From: an uncultured Collinsella sp.
GTDB taxonomy: Bacteria > Actinomycetota > Coriobacteriia > Coriobacteriales > Coriobacteriaceae
Direction: 5' to 3'
Assembly: GCA_958429345.1 (NCBI GenBank)
Contig: CAUAJK010000004.1
Coordinates: 14,781 to 78,780 of the forward strand
Length of the DNA stretch: 64,000 nt
A program made the translations under genes and the position numbers. Positions 46,635 through 56,094 of the stretch are shown here, piece after piece (within the stretch, counting starts at the first letter, position 1; each line of letters starts with the position of its first letter). A model generated the notes under the pieces. That model was given only the letters and a program-made list of their open reading frames with translations. It was not told the DNA's origin and did no database searches.

Positions 46635-47969
46635 ATGTCCCAGTCCTCGACGCCCGCCGTCAGCGATGCCATCTACGACGCATCGTCGCTCGGCCGCCCG
46701 CGCATGTTCCTGCTCGGCCTACAGCACCTGTTTGCCATGTTTGGCGCCACCGTGCTGGTGCCCGTGCTCACCGGCCTCTCGGTATCGGCAACGCTTTTGT
46801 TTGCCGGCTTGGGCACGCTGCTGTTCCACTTCCTGTCGCGCGGTAAGGTGCCGGCATTTTTGGGCTCATCGTTTGCCTTTATTGCCGGTTATGCCGCAAT
46901 CGCGCCCAACGGCGAGACCGAGCTTTTGCCCTACGCTTGCCTGGGCGTAGCTTGTGCCGGTCTGCTCTATCCGGTGCTGGCGGCGCTCTTCCGCGCGTTT
47001 GGCGCCAAGCGTGTCATGCGTTTCTTTCCGCCGGTGGTGACTGGCCCCATCGTCATTTCCATCGGCTTGATCCTGGCAAGTTCCGCTATTGCCAACTGCC
47101 AGACAAACTGGTTTGTTGCCGTTGTCGCCGTGGCTGTGATCGTGATCTGCAACATTTGGGGTCGCGGCATGGTCAAGATCGTGCCGATCCTGCTGGGCGT
47201 CGTAGTGAGCTATGCCGTTGCGGCCGCGCTCGGTGAGGTCGATTTTTCGGGCGTTGCCGCCGCGCCGTGGGTCGGTCTGCCCATCGTGTGGGACAACACC
47301 GTGTTTGCACTCTTTGGGCCGCAGTTCGATAGCGGTCTTGCCACGACGGCCATCATCACCATCATGCCGCTGGCCCTCGCGACCATGATCGAGCATATCG
47401 GCGATATCTCTGCTATCGGTTCGACTTGCGAGCGCAACTACATTGCCGATCCCGGTCTGCATCGCACGCTGCTCGGCGACGGCCTTGCCACGATTCTGGC
47501 TTCGCTCTTTGGCGCTCCGGCCAACACTACGTATGGTGAGAACACCGGCGTGCTCGCCCTGACGCGCGTGTTCGACCCGCGCGTAATTCGAATTGCCGCG
47601 TGTTGCGCCATCGTGCTTTCGTTCTGCCCCAAGTTCGCGGCTGTCATTGCGGCCATGCCGGCGTGTGTGATCGGCGGTGTGTCGCTCGTGCTCTACGGCA
47701 TGATCAGCGCTGTGGGCGTCCGCAACCTCATCGAGAACCAGGTCGATTTCCAGAACAACCGCAACGTGCTGGTTGCCGCGCTGGTGCTCGTGCTTTCGCT
47801 CGGCATCGCGTACAGCACCGCCGGCGCCATCGTGTTGGAGCTGGGCGGCGTGACCATTTCGCTGTCCGGCATTGCCGTGGGCTCACTGGTGGGCATTGTG
47901 CTCAACGCCATCCTGCCGGGTAACGACTTTGAGTTTGATGTCTCCGAGCTTGAGGAGGCTGCTGAGTAG
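46635..47969 (+). CDS. NCS2 family uracil/xanthine permease
   Basis: LGLQHLFAMFGATVLVP and the GENTGVLALTRV signature. Confidence 0.85.
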   Translation: MSQSSTPAVSDAIYDASSLGRPRMFLLGLQHLFAMFGATVLVPVLTGLSVSATLLFAGLGTLLFHFLSRGKVPAFLGSSFAFIAGYAAIAPNGETELLPYACLGVACAGLLYPVLAALFRAFGAKRVMRFFPPVVTGPIVISIGLILASSAIANCQTNWFVAVVAVAVIVICNIWGRGMVKIVPILLGVVVSYAVAAALGEVDFSGVAAAPWVGLPIVWDNTVFALFGPQFDSGLATTAIITIMPLALATMIEHIGDISAIGSTCERNYIADPGLHRTLLGDGLATILASLFGAPANTTYGENTGVLALTRVFDPRVIRIAACCAIVLSFCPKFAAVIAAMPACVIGGVSLVLYGMISAVGVRNLIENQVDFQNNRNVLVAALVLVLSLGIAYSTAGAIVLELGGVTISLSGIAVGSLVGIVLNAILPGNDFEFDVSELEEAAE

Positions 47970-48032
47970 CAGCTGCGTTCAGCTAAAACAAAATAAATGG
48001 TGCCCATGCGTATGTACGCGTGGGCACCATTT

Positions 48033-48698
48033 TTAATGCGTCAGTATCCAGTGGATGCCGCGGGCCATGCGCAAGTCGGTTTGGGTAAAGTGATTGCCGG
48101 GGTTGAGTTCCATCGTTGTTGGAATGCCGCGCTCGACGAGCAACGCTTCCATCGCGCGCGTGTCGTCGAGTACATGCCGCATCATGCGGTTGGGCGTCTT
48201 GGTTTCCTTTTTGCCGAGTGACAGATAGACGGCTTGCGGGCTGCCGGCAAAAGGGGCCGTGCTGGCGCGATCGACAAAGTCGGGAAACCATAGCGACCCC
48301 GATGCGCTCGCGGCGCGGTCAAAGGCGCCGGTTTGCCAGAGGGACCAAAGCGCGAAGAGGCCCGCGAGCGAGTAGCCGGCAATGCCGCGCCAGGTGGGCG
48401 GCTGAGGAAGCGACGACTCCACCTGGGGGATTATCTGATTCAGCAGCTCATCAAGAAAATCGGCAGCTTGGCCGCCGAAAGGCTCGGCATCGCGTACGGT
48501 CCCGTCGCATGCCCAGGGGCTCAGCTCGCGATTCCAATCGAGCCCGCCAATGGTGACGAGGGCGAATGGCGGACAGTCGAGCTCTCGGCAACACTTATAA
48601 ACCTCGCTGCCGTCGCCCACGACCACAGGAAGGTAGATGACAGGCGCGCTTTCCGTATGATTCGAATAAACGGTTATCTGCTTTTGATGCGCTTCCAT
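48033..48698 (-). CDS. Alpha/beta hydrolase (putative esterase family)
   Basis: Nucleophile elbow GIAGYSLAG. Size and pattern match esterase-D/enterochelin-esterase-like proteins. Confidence 0.7.
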   Translation of the reverse strand: MEAHQKQITVYSNHTESAPVIYLPVVVGDGSEVYKCCRELDCPPFALVTIGGLDWNRELSPWACDGTVRDAEPFGGQAADFLDELLNQIIPQVESSLPQPPTWRGIAGYSLAGLFALWSLWQTGAFDRAASASGSLWFPDFVDRASTAPFAGSPQAVYLSLGKKETKTPNRMMRHVLDDTRAMEALLVERGIPTTMELNPGNHFTQTDLRMARGIHWILTH

Positions 48699-48905
48699 GA
48701 CGGGCTTCTCTCAGTGTTGTGATATCGGCAGCCCCAATTGTCGCACGCCAGCGTATGCCGGTTGGGCTAGACCAAAGACAATCTCGTGCATCCCCTGCGG
48801 ACGCATATGGAAAACGCCACCGCCGGAGGGGAGCTCGGCGGTGGCGTTGTTAAACGGTGCTGGGGCTCGGGGCCTTCGCGGGAGCTGCCATGTGCGCAGA
48901 GGCGT

Positions 48906-50618
48906 CTAAAAACGCTTACGGCTCGCCATGGTGCCTGCGGCGATAGCGGCTGTTCCCGCAAGGACGGTTGCCACGATGGCCGCACCCGAGGTGTCGCCGG
49001 TTGCCGCGAGCACGCCGGTAGTCTTGGCTTTCGTGGTTGAAGCCGCAACGGCCTTGGTCGGCTTTGAGCCCTCAGGCTTGGGGTTCTGCTTGGACTCCGC
49101 GGGCTTGCTTTCTGCGGGCTTGGTCTCGTCGGGCTTGGGGTCTTCCGGCTTGGCTACCTCGGGAGGTGCGATGGTCGTACTTTTGGCGACTGCTTTGATA
49201 TAGAGGGAGTCGACCGTGGCGTCGCCCGTGCCGATGGCTTGGCCTGCCTCGTAGATGCCGTCACGGAGCTTGCGATAGTCAATGACCTTGCCGCCTTCGG
49301 GCGTCTGGATGGCGGCGTTCTCAATCTTGATGGTGCCGATTGTCTTGCCGTCAGCGCTCATGGCACGGGCAAAGATTGCCGCTGTATCTCCTTCGGCCGT
49401 TACCTTGCTGCGGATGATCGAGATGACTGCGGGCGTGACGCCCTCGCTGGTCTGGGCGATGATGCCGATGTTCTCGCCTTGGGGTTCGCGCCTCGTCTCA
49501 CCATCTTGGTTTTCGCTGTAGGGGATGGGGCCGTCGCCGTTCTCGACATAGTGGGCTATGGCCTTGACAACGGAGTCGCTGATGTAGATGTGGCCGCCCT
49601 TCTCGTTGGGTCGATCGTTTCTGGTGGAGAATGCAGCCGAAACCTCGCCTTCCGCAAACGCGTCCACGGTGGAGCCGTTCTTGACGACGATGTCGTCCTG
49701 GTAGGTGAAGAGGGCGTTGGCGCCACCGTATCTGCCTTTACTTGCACGGACCGTCACGTTTGCATGATCGAGGGTGATGCCCTTGTGGGCATAGACGCCA
49801 TATTCAACACCGTTTACGTTGAGGGAGGCGTTTGTGGCTGCGAGGCTGCCCTTGGCCTCGACGGCAGCGTCTTTCTCGGAGCTTACCTCGACCGTCCCGC
49901 CACCCTTGATGGTGAGGTTCTTGTCGGCTCCAATACCCTTGTCCTTGGTAGCCCTGGCGGTGACGGCTCCGCTGTCGTCAATCGTGATATTGCCGTTTGC
50001 CCTGATGCCATCCGATGCACCCGTGGCGTTGACGTTGCCCGAACCTTTGACAGCGAGATCACCTCCGGCATTGATGGCATCAAACCCAGTGCTCGTGGCG
50101 TTGACGGATCCGGCTCCGTCGATGTTGATATTACCCGTGGAGAGGATGGCGTCCTCAGTAGATGTCACGCTGAGCGTGCCGCCCTCGTCGCCTTGGATAT
50201 TGAGCTCGGCATTCTCGTTAGTGCCATGAGAAACTTTGATGCTTTCGATCCATTCGGCAGTGACGATGTTGGTTCCCGAGTAATTCACGTTGAGCTTGCC
50301 TGCGGCCTGGATCTCGCCGCCGTTATAGTTGTTGAGCTTCAAGTCGTCGGCGCCGTCCCACGACCAGGTACCGGCCTCGTCGCTCGCCGCGGTGTTGTAC
50401 TTGTTGCCGCCGACCTTGACCCATTCCGCTGCGAGCGAGACGCTCGGCATGAGCAGCGAGCTCACCGTGAGCGCGCACACGGCGCCCGAGACGATGCGGC
50501 GCGTCACGCGGCGCCAGCTGCCGTGCGCGAGTCCTATGCGACGGCGAACGTCGGGTTCGGCAACATGGGTTCCGGCGGTAGTGTCATTGCGTTTGGGGGT
50601 CGTGAACAAGGCTGCCAT
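48906..50618 (-). CDS. LAxTG-anchored cell-surface protein with beta-helix-like repeats (tandem paralog 1)
   Basis: Long signal peptide ...CALTVSSLLMPSVSLAAEW, then repeated G-x-(I/V)-x-(I/V/A)-x-G blocks. C-terminal sorting signal LAATGD + hydrophobic stretch + SRKRF. RBS GGGAG. Confidence 0.75.
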   Translation of the reverse strand: MAALFTTPKRNDTTAGTHVAEPDVRRRIGLAHGSWRRVTRRIVSGAVCALTVSSLLMPSVSLAAEWVKVGGNKYNTAASDEAGTWSWDGADDLKLNNYNGGEIQAAGKLNVNYSGTNIVTAEWIESIKVSHGTNENAELNIQGDEGGTLSVTSTEDAILSTGNINIDGAGSVNATSTGFDAINAGGDLAVKGSGNVNATGASDGIRANGNITIDDSGAVTARATKDKGIGADKNLTIKGGGTVEVSSEKDAAVEAKGSLAATNASLNVNGVEYGVYAHKGITLDHANVTVRASKGRYGGANALFTYQDDIVVKNGSTVDAFAEGEVSAAFSTRNDRPNEKGGHIYISDSVVKAIAHYVENGDGPIPYSENQDGETRREPQGENIGIIAQTSEGVTPAVISIIRSKVTAEGDTAAIFARAMSADGKTIGTIKIENAAIQTPEGGKVIDYRKLRDGIYEAGQAIGTGDATVDSLYIKAVAKSTTIAPPEVAKPEDPKPDETKPAESKPAESKQNPKPEGSKPTKAVAASTTKAKTTGVLAATGDTSGAAIVATVLAGTAAIAAGTMASRKRF

Positions 50619-50822
50619 GGTTGCTCCCGTTCTCATAGGGCCTATACGACTAGATTCAGCGTATCTGCCGGATGTTGCCGGCGGTAGTGCCGTTTGGAGG
50701 GCAAAATGGCCAAAATGGGGGAGAAATAGGCCGCACGCCGGCGCAGGGACCGGCGCTAAAAGAAAAGCGCGGGGCCGCATGGCGACTCCGCGCTTTATTG
50801 TTCAGCTTTTGCAGCCTTGCCC

Positions 50823-50867
50823 TTACGCTACGAAGAAGTAGACGAGGAAGGCAAGGGCCGCGATCCA
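50823..50867 (-). pseudogene. Relic of the last 14 codons plus stop of the purine permease gene
   Basis: The minus strand translates to WIAALAFLVYFFVA-stop. This is identical to the C-terminus of the permease at 52882-54192, with no upstream coding continuation. Confidence 0.85.
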
Positions 50868-50889
50868 CCCGTCCCGTGCGAAAAAGTGT

Positions 50890-52674
50890 TTACGAGCGCT
50901 TGCGGCTCACCACGGCGCCCGCGGCGATGGCGGCTGTTCCTGCAAGGGCGGCTGCCACGATGGCTGCGTTCGAGGCGTCGCCGGTTGCCGCGAGCTTGCC
51001 GGTGGTCTTGGCTCCCGTGGCTGCAACTGCAACGGTCTTGGTCGTCTTCGTGCCCTCGGACTTGGAACCCTCGGGCTTGGTCTCGCCGGGCTTCTCCTCG
51101 GGTTTGATCTCCTCGGGAGGCACGATGACCGTGCTCTTGGAGACAGCGGCGTCATAGGGGGAGTCGACCGTGGCGTCGCCCGTGCCGATGGTTTGACCCA
51201 TATCGTAGACGATGCCGTCGTCGAGTGCTTCCCTGTTGCTATAGTCAATGATCTTGCCGCCTTCAGGCGTCAGGATGCTGGCGCCTTCGATCTCGATGGT
51301 GCCGATTGCCTTGCCGTCCGCGCTCGTGGCAAGAGCGAAGATTGCCGCCGTGTCTCCCTCAGCCGTGAGCTTGCTGCGGACGATCGAGATACTCGCGGGC
51401 GTGATGCCCTCGTAGGTCTGGGCGAAGATACCGATGTTCAGACCCCTAGGCTCAGGGATGACCGCGCCGTTTTGGTCGTTGCTGTAGTGATCGGGGCCAT
51501 CGCCACCGGTCTCGACATAGCGGGCTATAGCCTTAACAACGGAGTCGCTGATGTAGATGTGGCCGCCAGCGACGTTTAGCGGGTGGTTTCTGGCAGAGAT
51601 TGCAACCGAGAATTTGCCTTCCGCGAGTGCGTCCACGATGGAACCGTTCTTGATGTCGATGTCGCCCCCGTCAGTGATGAGGGCGATGGCCTGGCCGCCG
51701 TTCGCGCTGGTACGGACCGTCACGGTTGCGCCATCGAGTGTGATGCCCTTGTAGGCATAGACACCATATTCAACACCGCTTGCGTCAAGGGAGGCGTTCG
51801 TGACCGCGAGACTGCCCTCAGTGTCGACGGCAAGATCTCCCTCGGAGTTCGCCTTGACCTGGCTGCCGCCTGAGATGTTGATGCCGTCTTCAGCCCAAAT
51901 CGCCGCTTCTTCTATCGAGCTTGCTTCTACCTTGCCACCGCCTTTGATGGTCAGGTCACTGCCTGCGGCGATGCCGTAGCCTTCGCCTCCTTTAGCGATC
52001 ACTGTGCCAGAGGAATCGATGGTGGTCTTGCCCTTGGATTGGATACCTTCGGTATCGCCCGTTGCATTCACGGTGCCCGAGCCCGTGATAGAGAGGTCGC
52101 CCTTTGCCTCAATTCCGTCGGCAGTAGTACTTGTGGTGTTCACGGTGCCTGGGCCAGAAATGGAGAGGTCGCCTGTGGATTTAATTGCATCGGTCTCGGC
52201 TGTCACATTGAGCTCATCCGTGCTATTCGAGCTCGTTATGTTCAACTCCGCTTTCTGGTTAGTGCCATCCTGCGCTTTGATGGCGGCTCCGGTGTAATCG
52301 GGCTCGGTTTTCACGGTGTTCTTGCCCTCGTACGCAATGTTGAGCTTGCCTGCAGCATTGATCGCACCGCCGTCATAGCCGTTGAGCTTCATATCGTCGG
52401 CGCCGTCCCATGACCAGGTGCCAGCCTCGTCACCCGCCGCGGTGCCAGCGTCATACCGGCTGCCGCCGACGTCCACCCACTCGGCCGCGAGCGAGACACT
52501 CGGCATGAGCAACGAGCTCACCGTGAGCGCGCAGGTCAGACCACAGACGATGCGGCGCGTCACGCGACGCCAGCTTCCGTGTGCGAGCAGCGTGCGACGG
52601 CGCACGTCGGGCTCGACAAAATGGGCTCCAGAGGTTTTGTCATTGCGCTTGGGGGTCGTGAACAAGGCGGCCAT
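50890..52674 (-). CDS. LAxTG-anchored cell-surface protein with beta-helix-like repeats (tandem paralog 2)
   Basis: N-terminus MAALFTTPKRND...LLMPSVSLAAEW is nearly identical to paralog 1. C-terminal KLAATGD + hydrophobic stretch + SRKRS. Confidence 0.75.
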   Translation of the reverse strand: MAALFTTPKRNDKTSGAHFVEPDVRRRTLLAHGSWRRVTRRIVCGLTCALTVSSLLMPSVSLAAEWVDVGGSRYDAGTAAGDEAGTWSWDGADDMKLNGYDGGAINAAGKLNIAYEGKNTVKTEPDYTGAAIKAQDGTNQKAELNITSSNSTDELNVTAETDAIKSTGDLSISGPGTVNTTSTTADGIEAKGDLSITGSGTVNATGDTEGIQSKGKTTIDSSGTVIAKGGEGYGIAAGSDLTIKGGGKVEASSIEEAAIWAEDGINISGGSQVKANSEGDLAVDTEGSLAVTNASLDASGVEYGVYAYKGITLDGATVTVRTSANGGQAIALITDGGDIDIKNGSIVDALAEGKFSVAISARNHPLNVAGGHIYISDSVVKAIARYVETGGDGPDHYSNDQNGAVIPEPRGLNIGIFAQTYEGITPASISIVRSKLTAEGDTAAIFALATSADGKAIGTIEIEGASILTPEGGKIIDYSNREALDDGIVYDMGQTIGTGDATVDSPYDAAVSKSTVIVPPEEIKPEEKPGETKPEGSKSEGTKTTKTVAVAATGAKTTGKLAATGDASNAAIVAAALAGTAAIAAGAVVSRKRS

Positions 52675-52814
52675 GGTTACTCCCATCCTCATAGGGCCTA
52701 TGCGATTACGCCCAGCATATCTGCAGGATGTAGCCGGCGGTAGTGCCGTTTGGAGGGCAAAATGTCCAAAACTTGGGAAGCAATACATCGCGCGTCCGTG
52801 CGTAGCCTGGCTTT

Positions 52815-52855
52815 AAAAGAAAAGCGCGGAGCCGCTCGATGCGACTCCGCGCTTT
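52815..52855 (-). terminator. Rho-independent terminator of the permease gene (degenerate second copy at 50764-50796)
   Basis: AAAGCGCGGAG...CTCCGCGCTTT stem with a T-run on the minus strand. Confidence 0.75.
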
Positions 52856-52881
52856 GGTGTTCTGCTTTGGCAGCTTTGCCG

Positions 52882-54192
52882 CTACGCTACGAAGAAGTAG
52901 ACGAGGAAGGCGAGGGCTGCGATCCACATGAGCGGCTTGATCTTGGAAGCCTCGCCCTTAAAGAGCGCGACGACCACGTAGGCGATAAAGCCCAGGCCAA
53001 TGCCGGCAGAGATGGAGTAGGTGAAGGGCACGCCGGCGACAATCATGAACGCCGGGAAACCCTGCGACACGTCGGACCAGTCGATCTCGGAGGCCTCACT
53101 CATCATGAGGTAGCCGACGTAGACCAGAGCACCGCAGGTGGCGGCGCTGGAAACGATGGTGACGATGGGGGAGAAGAACGCGGCGAGAATGAACAGCACG
53201 CCGGTGGTGACGGAGGTGAGGCCCGTGCGGCCACCGTCGGCAGCGCCAGAGGTGGACTCGACGAAGGTGGTGATGGAGGAGACGCCCATGAAACCGCCCA
53301 CAGCAGCGGCGGCGGAGTCGACGATCAGGATCTCCTTGATATTCTCGACGTTGCCGTCGTCGGTGAGGAACTCGCCCTGCTTGGCCACGGCCATCGCGGT
53401 GCCCATGGTGTCGAAGAAGTCGCTCATGAGCAGCGAGAACGAGATGACGAGGAGCGCGGGGTCGGTAAGGACCTTGACGATGGCGGGCACGCCGCCGGCG
53501 TCGGCGATGGGGCCACCGATGCTCGAGAAGTCGAGCGGGGCGATGATACCGGTCGGAGCCTGGGTCACACCTAGGGGGATACCGGCGATGACGGCGACGA
53601 CGATGCCGATGAGCAGCGAGCCGGGGACGTTGCGGCAGGCGAGGGCGACCGTCACCAGGATGGAGATGATGCCGACGATGAAGGTGGGGGAGGTGATGTC
53701 GCCCAGACCGACGAGTGTACCGGCGCCAGCGGTGATAATGCCGGCATCGCACAGGCCAATCATGGCGATGAACAGGCCCAGACCCACCGAGATGGCGTGA
53801 CGCAGGACAACCGGGATGGCGTCCATGATGGCCTCGCGCAGGCCACAAAGCACGAGCAGCAAGATGACGATACCCTCGAGGAAGATGACGCTCATGGCCA
53901 CGTGCCAGTCACCGCCGCAGACGGTGGTGGTGATTCCGGCGATCATCGCGTTGACGCCTAAGCCCGACGCGCAGGCGAGCGGGCGGTTGGCGAAGATGCC
54001 CATGCAGATGGTCATGATGCCGGCGCCCAGGCAGGTGGCGCAGGCGAGCGCTCCCGCATCGATGCCGGCGCCCGAGAGCACCGCAGGGTTGACGGCGATG
54101 ATGTAGGCCATCGCCAGGAATGTTGTCAGTCCAGCGCGAAGTTCGGTCCCGATTGTGGACTTGCGCTCACTGACGTGAAAAAGTTCGTCCAT
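52882..54192 (-). CDS. NCS2 family adenine/guanine/hypoxanthine permease (AzgA/PbuG type)
   Basis: MDELFHVSERKSTIGTELRAGLTTFLAMAYIIAVNP is the characteristic N-terminus of this family. Confidence 0.85.
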   Translation of the reverse strand: MDELFHVSERKSTIGTELRAGLTTFLAMAYIIAVNPAVLSGAGIDAGALACATCLGAGIMTICMGIFANRPLACASGLGVNAMIAGITTTVCGGDWHVAMSVIFLEGIVILLLVLCGLREAIMDAIPVVLRHAISVGLGLFIAMIGLCDAGIITAGAGTLVGLGDITSPTFIVGIISILVTVALACRNVPGSLLIGIVVAVIAGIPLGVTQAPTGIIAPLDFSSIGGPIADAGGVPAIVKVLTDPALLVISFSLLMSDFFDTMGTAMAVAKQGEFLTDDGNVENIKEILIVDSAAAAVGGFMGVSSITTFVESTSGAADGGRTGLTSVTTGVLFILAAFFSPIVTIVSSAATCGALVYVGYLMMSEASEIDWSDVSQGFPAFMIVAGVPFTYSISAGIGLGFIAYVVVALFKGEASKIKPLMWIAALAFLVYFFVA

Positions 54193-54385
54193 GCATACCC
54201 TTTCCTTGTTCGGCCCCGAGTTTAGGCCGATTGACACGAACTCAACTACTATATCGCCTTTGAAAGGTTGATGTTCCTCGCATGTTGATGTTCGGCGCTT
54301 TGTAGCAGACGGACGGTATTTTTCGCATGAAAATGTGTGGGTACCGTATACTTAAGCAGTTACAACGACCCCTATGGAGGAACGT

Positions 54386-54805
54386 ATGATTAAAGAGCTC
54401 TGCCACGACGAGGCTGTTCTGTCCCAGCGTTGCGAGGTCGCGACCGTCGAGGACGAGTCGGTGGCACAGGACCTGATCGATACCATCAAGTCGCTCGACG
54501 ATGCCGGCTGCCTTGCCGCTAACCAGATCGGCGTCACCAAGAAGGTCTGCGTCTACCTGGACGATGCCGGCGAGCCCCATGTGCTCTACAACCCCCGTCT
54601 GGTGTTTGGCCTGGGCGCCAGCAAGATGGAGGAGAGCTGCCTGACGCACGAGGAGGTCACCAAGTCCACGCGCTACATCAAGTGCAAGGTCGCTTATGAC
54701 GTGATCGTCGACGGCAAGATGCGCGAGCGCAAGCAGGACTTCGTCGGCTTCGAGGCGCAAATGGTCCAGCATATGATCGACCACTGTCTCGGCAAGTTGG
54801 TCTAA
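54386..54805 (+). CDS. Peptide deformylase-like protein lacking the catalytic Glu (QHMIDH instead of QHEIDH)
   Basis: Motif 1 CLAANQIG, motif 2 ESCLT (canonical EGCLS), motif 3 QHMIDHCLG. RBS GGAGG precedes the ATG at 54386. Confidence 0.75.
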   Translation: MIKELCHDEAVLSQRCEVATVEDESVAQDLIDTIKSLDDAGCLAANQIGVTKKVCVYLDDAGEPHVLYNPRLVFGLGASKMEESCLTHEEVTKSTRYIKCKVAYDVIVDGKMRERKQDFVGFEAQMVQHMIDHCLGKLV

Positions 54806-55049
54806 GGGGATCAAAGCACCGCACCTTGCCGCTCAATCGTCGCTTGCGTACCGTTAGTACGCGGCGCTCCTCTTTCGTGGCAATCTGCGGCACTTTGACC
54901 CCTTAGACGACCTGCGGGGTTAACTTGGTTGAGTTTATCCAGCTTGAATAGTCCGGACATGACATTGTTGTCATGTCCGGGCTTTTTTGTTTAGCGCCCC
55001 TTTGTTTGGAGACAATGAAATTAGCAAGAACGTAAAGCTAGGAGGCGCT

Positions 55050-56015
55050 ATGTGTACGAGCATTCGATTTACCGATAATTCTGGTCACATGTATCTGGGC
55101 CGCAATCTCGACTGGAGCTTTGACTACGGCCAACAGGTTCGCGTGATGCCGCGCGGGTTTAACATTCCGTATTCGTTTATCGACGACGCGACAGCGGCAC
55201 ACGCGGTGATCGGTATGTGCATCGATTACAAGAACTACCCTATGTTCTTCGATTGCGGCAACGATGCGGGCCTCGCCGTGGCGGGTCTCAATTTCCCGGG
55301 TTATGCCGAGTATGCCGAGGGGCCGGTTGATGGAAAGACCAATATCGCGGCCTATGAGTTTCCCCTGTGGGTGGCAGCGACGTTCTCGACGGTCGATGAG
55401 GTCGAGGCCGCGCTGCGCGACACGGTGATTGTTGCCAAATCTGCCGGAGAGGGGCTGGGTGTGTCGCTGCTCCATTGGATTATCGGCGACAGCCAGCGTA
55501 GCATCGTGGTCGAGATGATGGCTGACGGCCTGCATGTATACGACGATCCGGTCGACACCCTTGCCAACCAGCCGACCTTCCCGTGGCACATGGAAAACCT
55601 CCGCACCTATATCACCGCCACAAGCGATTTTCCGCAGACGGCGACATGGCGTGGCGCCGAGCTCAAGCCCTATGGCGCGGGTGCCGGCATGCGCGGCATT
55701 CCGGGCGATTGCTATTCGCCGAGCCGTTTTGTAAAGGCGGCGTACCTCAATGCCAATTACCCGCAAAAGGAGAGCGAGACCGAAAACGTCGTCCGCATGT
55801 TCCGCTCGCTCGAGGGCGTGGTGATGATCGAGGGGGCGTCCAGGATGGGCGATGGCAAGTTCGAGAAGACTATCTATACCGGATGCTTTAGCGCGCGCAC
55901 GGGCAATTATTACTACGCGATGTATGGGGATCCGTCGATTCGCTACGTGAGCCTGATGGATGCCGAGGGCGCGAGCCCCGATAGGCTCGTGGTTCCCGAG
56001 CCGCGTCGTTCGTAG
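55050..56015 (+). CDS. Choloylglycine hydrolase family Ntn hydrolase (bile salt hydrolase-like)
   Basis: N-terminal MCTSIRF with nucleophile Cys2, then GRNLDW. RBS GGAGG. Confidence 0.85.
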   Translation: MCTSIRFTDNSGHMYLGRNLDWSFDYGQQVRVMPRGFNIPYSFIDDATAAHAVIGMCIDYKNYPMFFDCGNDAGLAVAGLNFPGYAEYAEGPVDGKTNIAAYEFPLWVAATFSTVDEVEAALRDTVIVAKSAGEGLGVSLLHWIIGDSQRSIVVEMMADGLHVYDDPVDTLANQPTFPWHMENLRTYITATSDFPQTATWRGAELKPYGAGAGMRGIPGDCYSPSRFVKAAYLNANYPQKESETENVVRMFRSLEGVVMIEGASRMGDGKFEKTIYTGCFSARTGNYYYAMYGDPSIRYVSLMDAEGASPDRLVVPEPRRS

Positions 56016-56094
56016 CCGATGGCTTTACCGCAATGCAAAGCGGCCCTGCATCTCCCGTGAGGTGCAGGGCCGCTGTCGTTGATTTGTGACGTCG

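Noticed and set aside
54193-54373. Purine riboswitch upstream of the AzgA/PbuG-type permease.
   Set aside because: The minus-strand leader lacks the conserved UAUNNNG...UUUCUACC...CCGUAAA...ACUA three-way-junction signature, and I could not draw a P1-P2-P3 fold.
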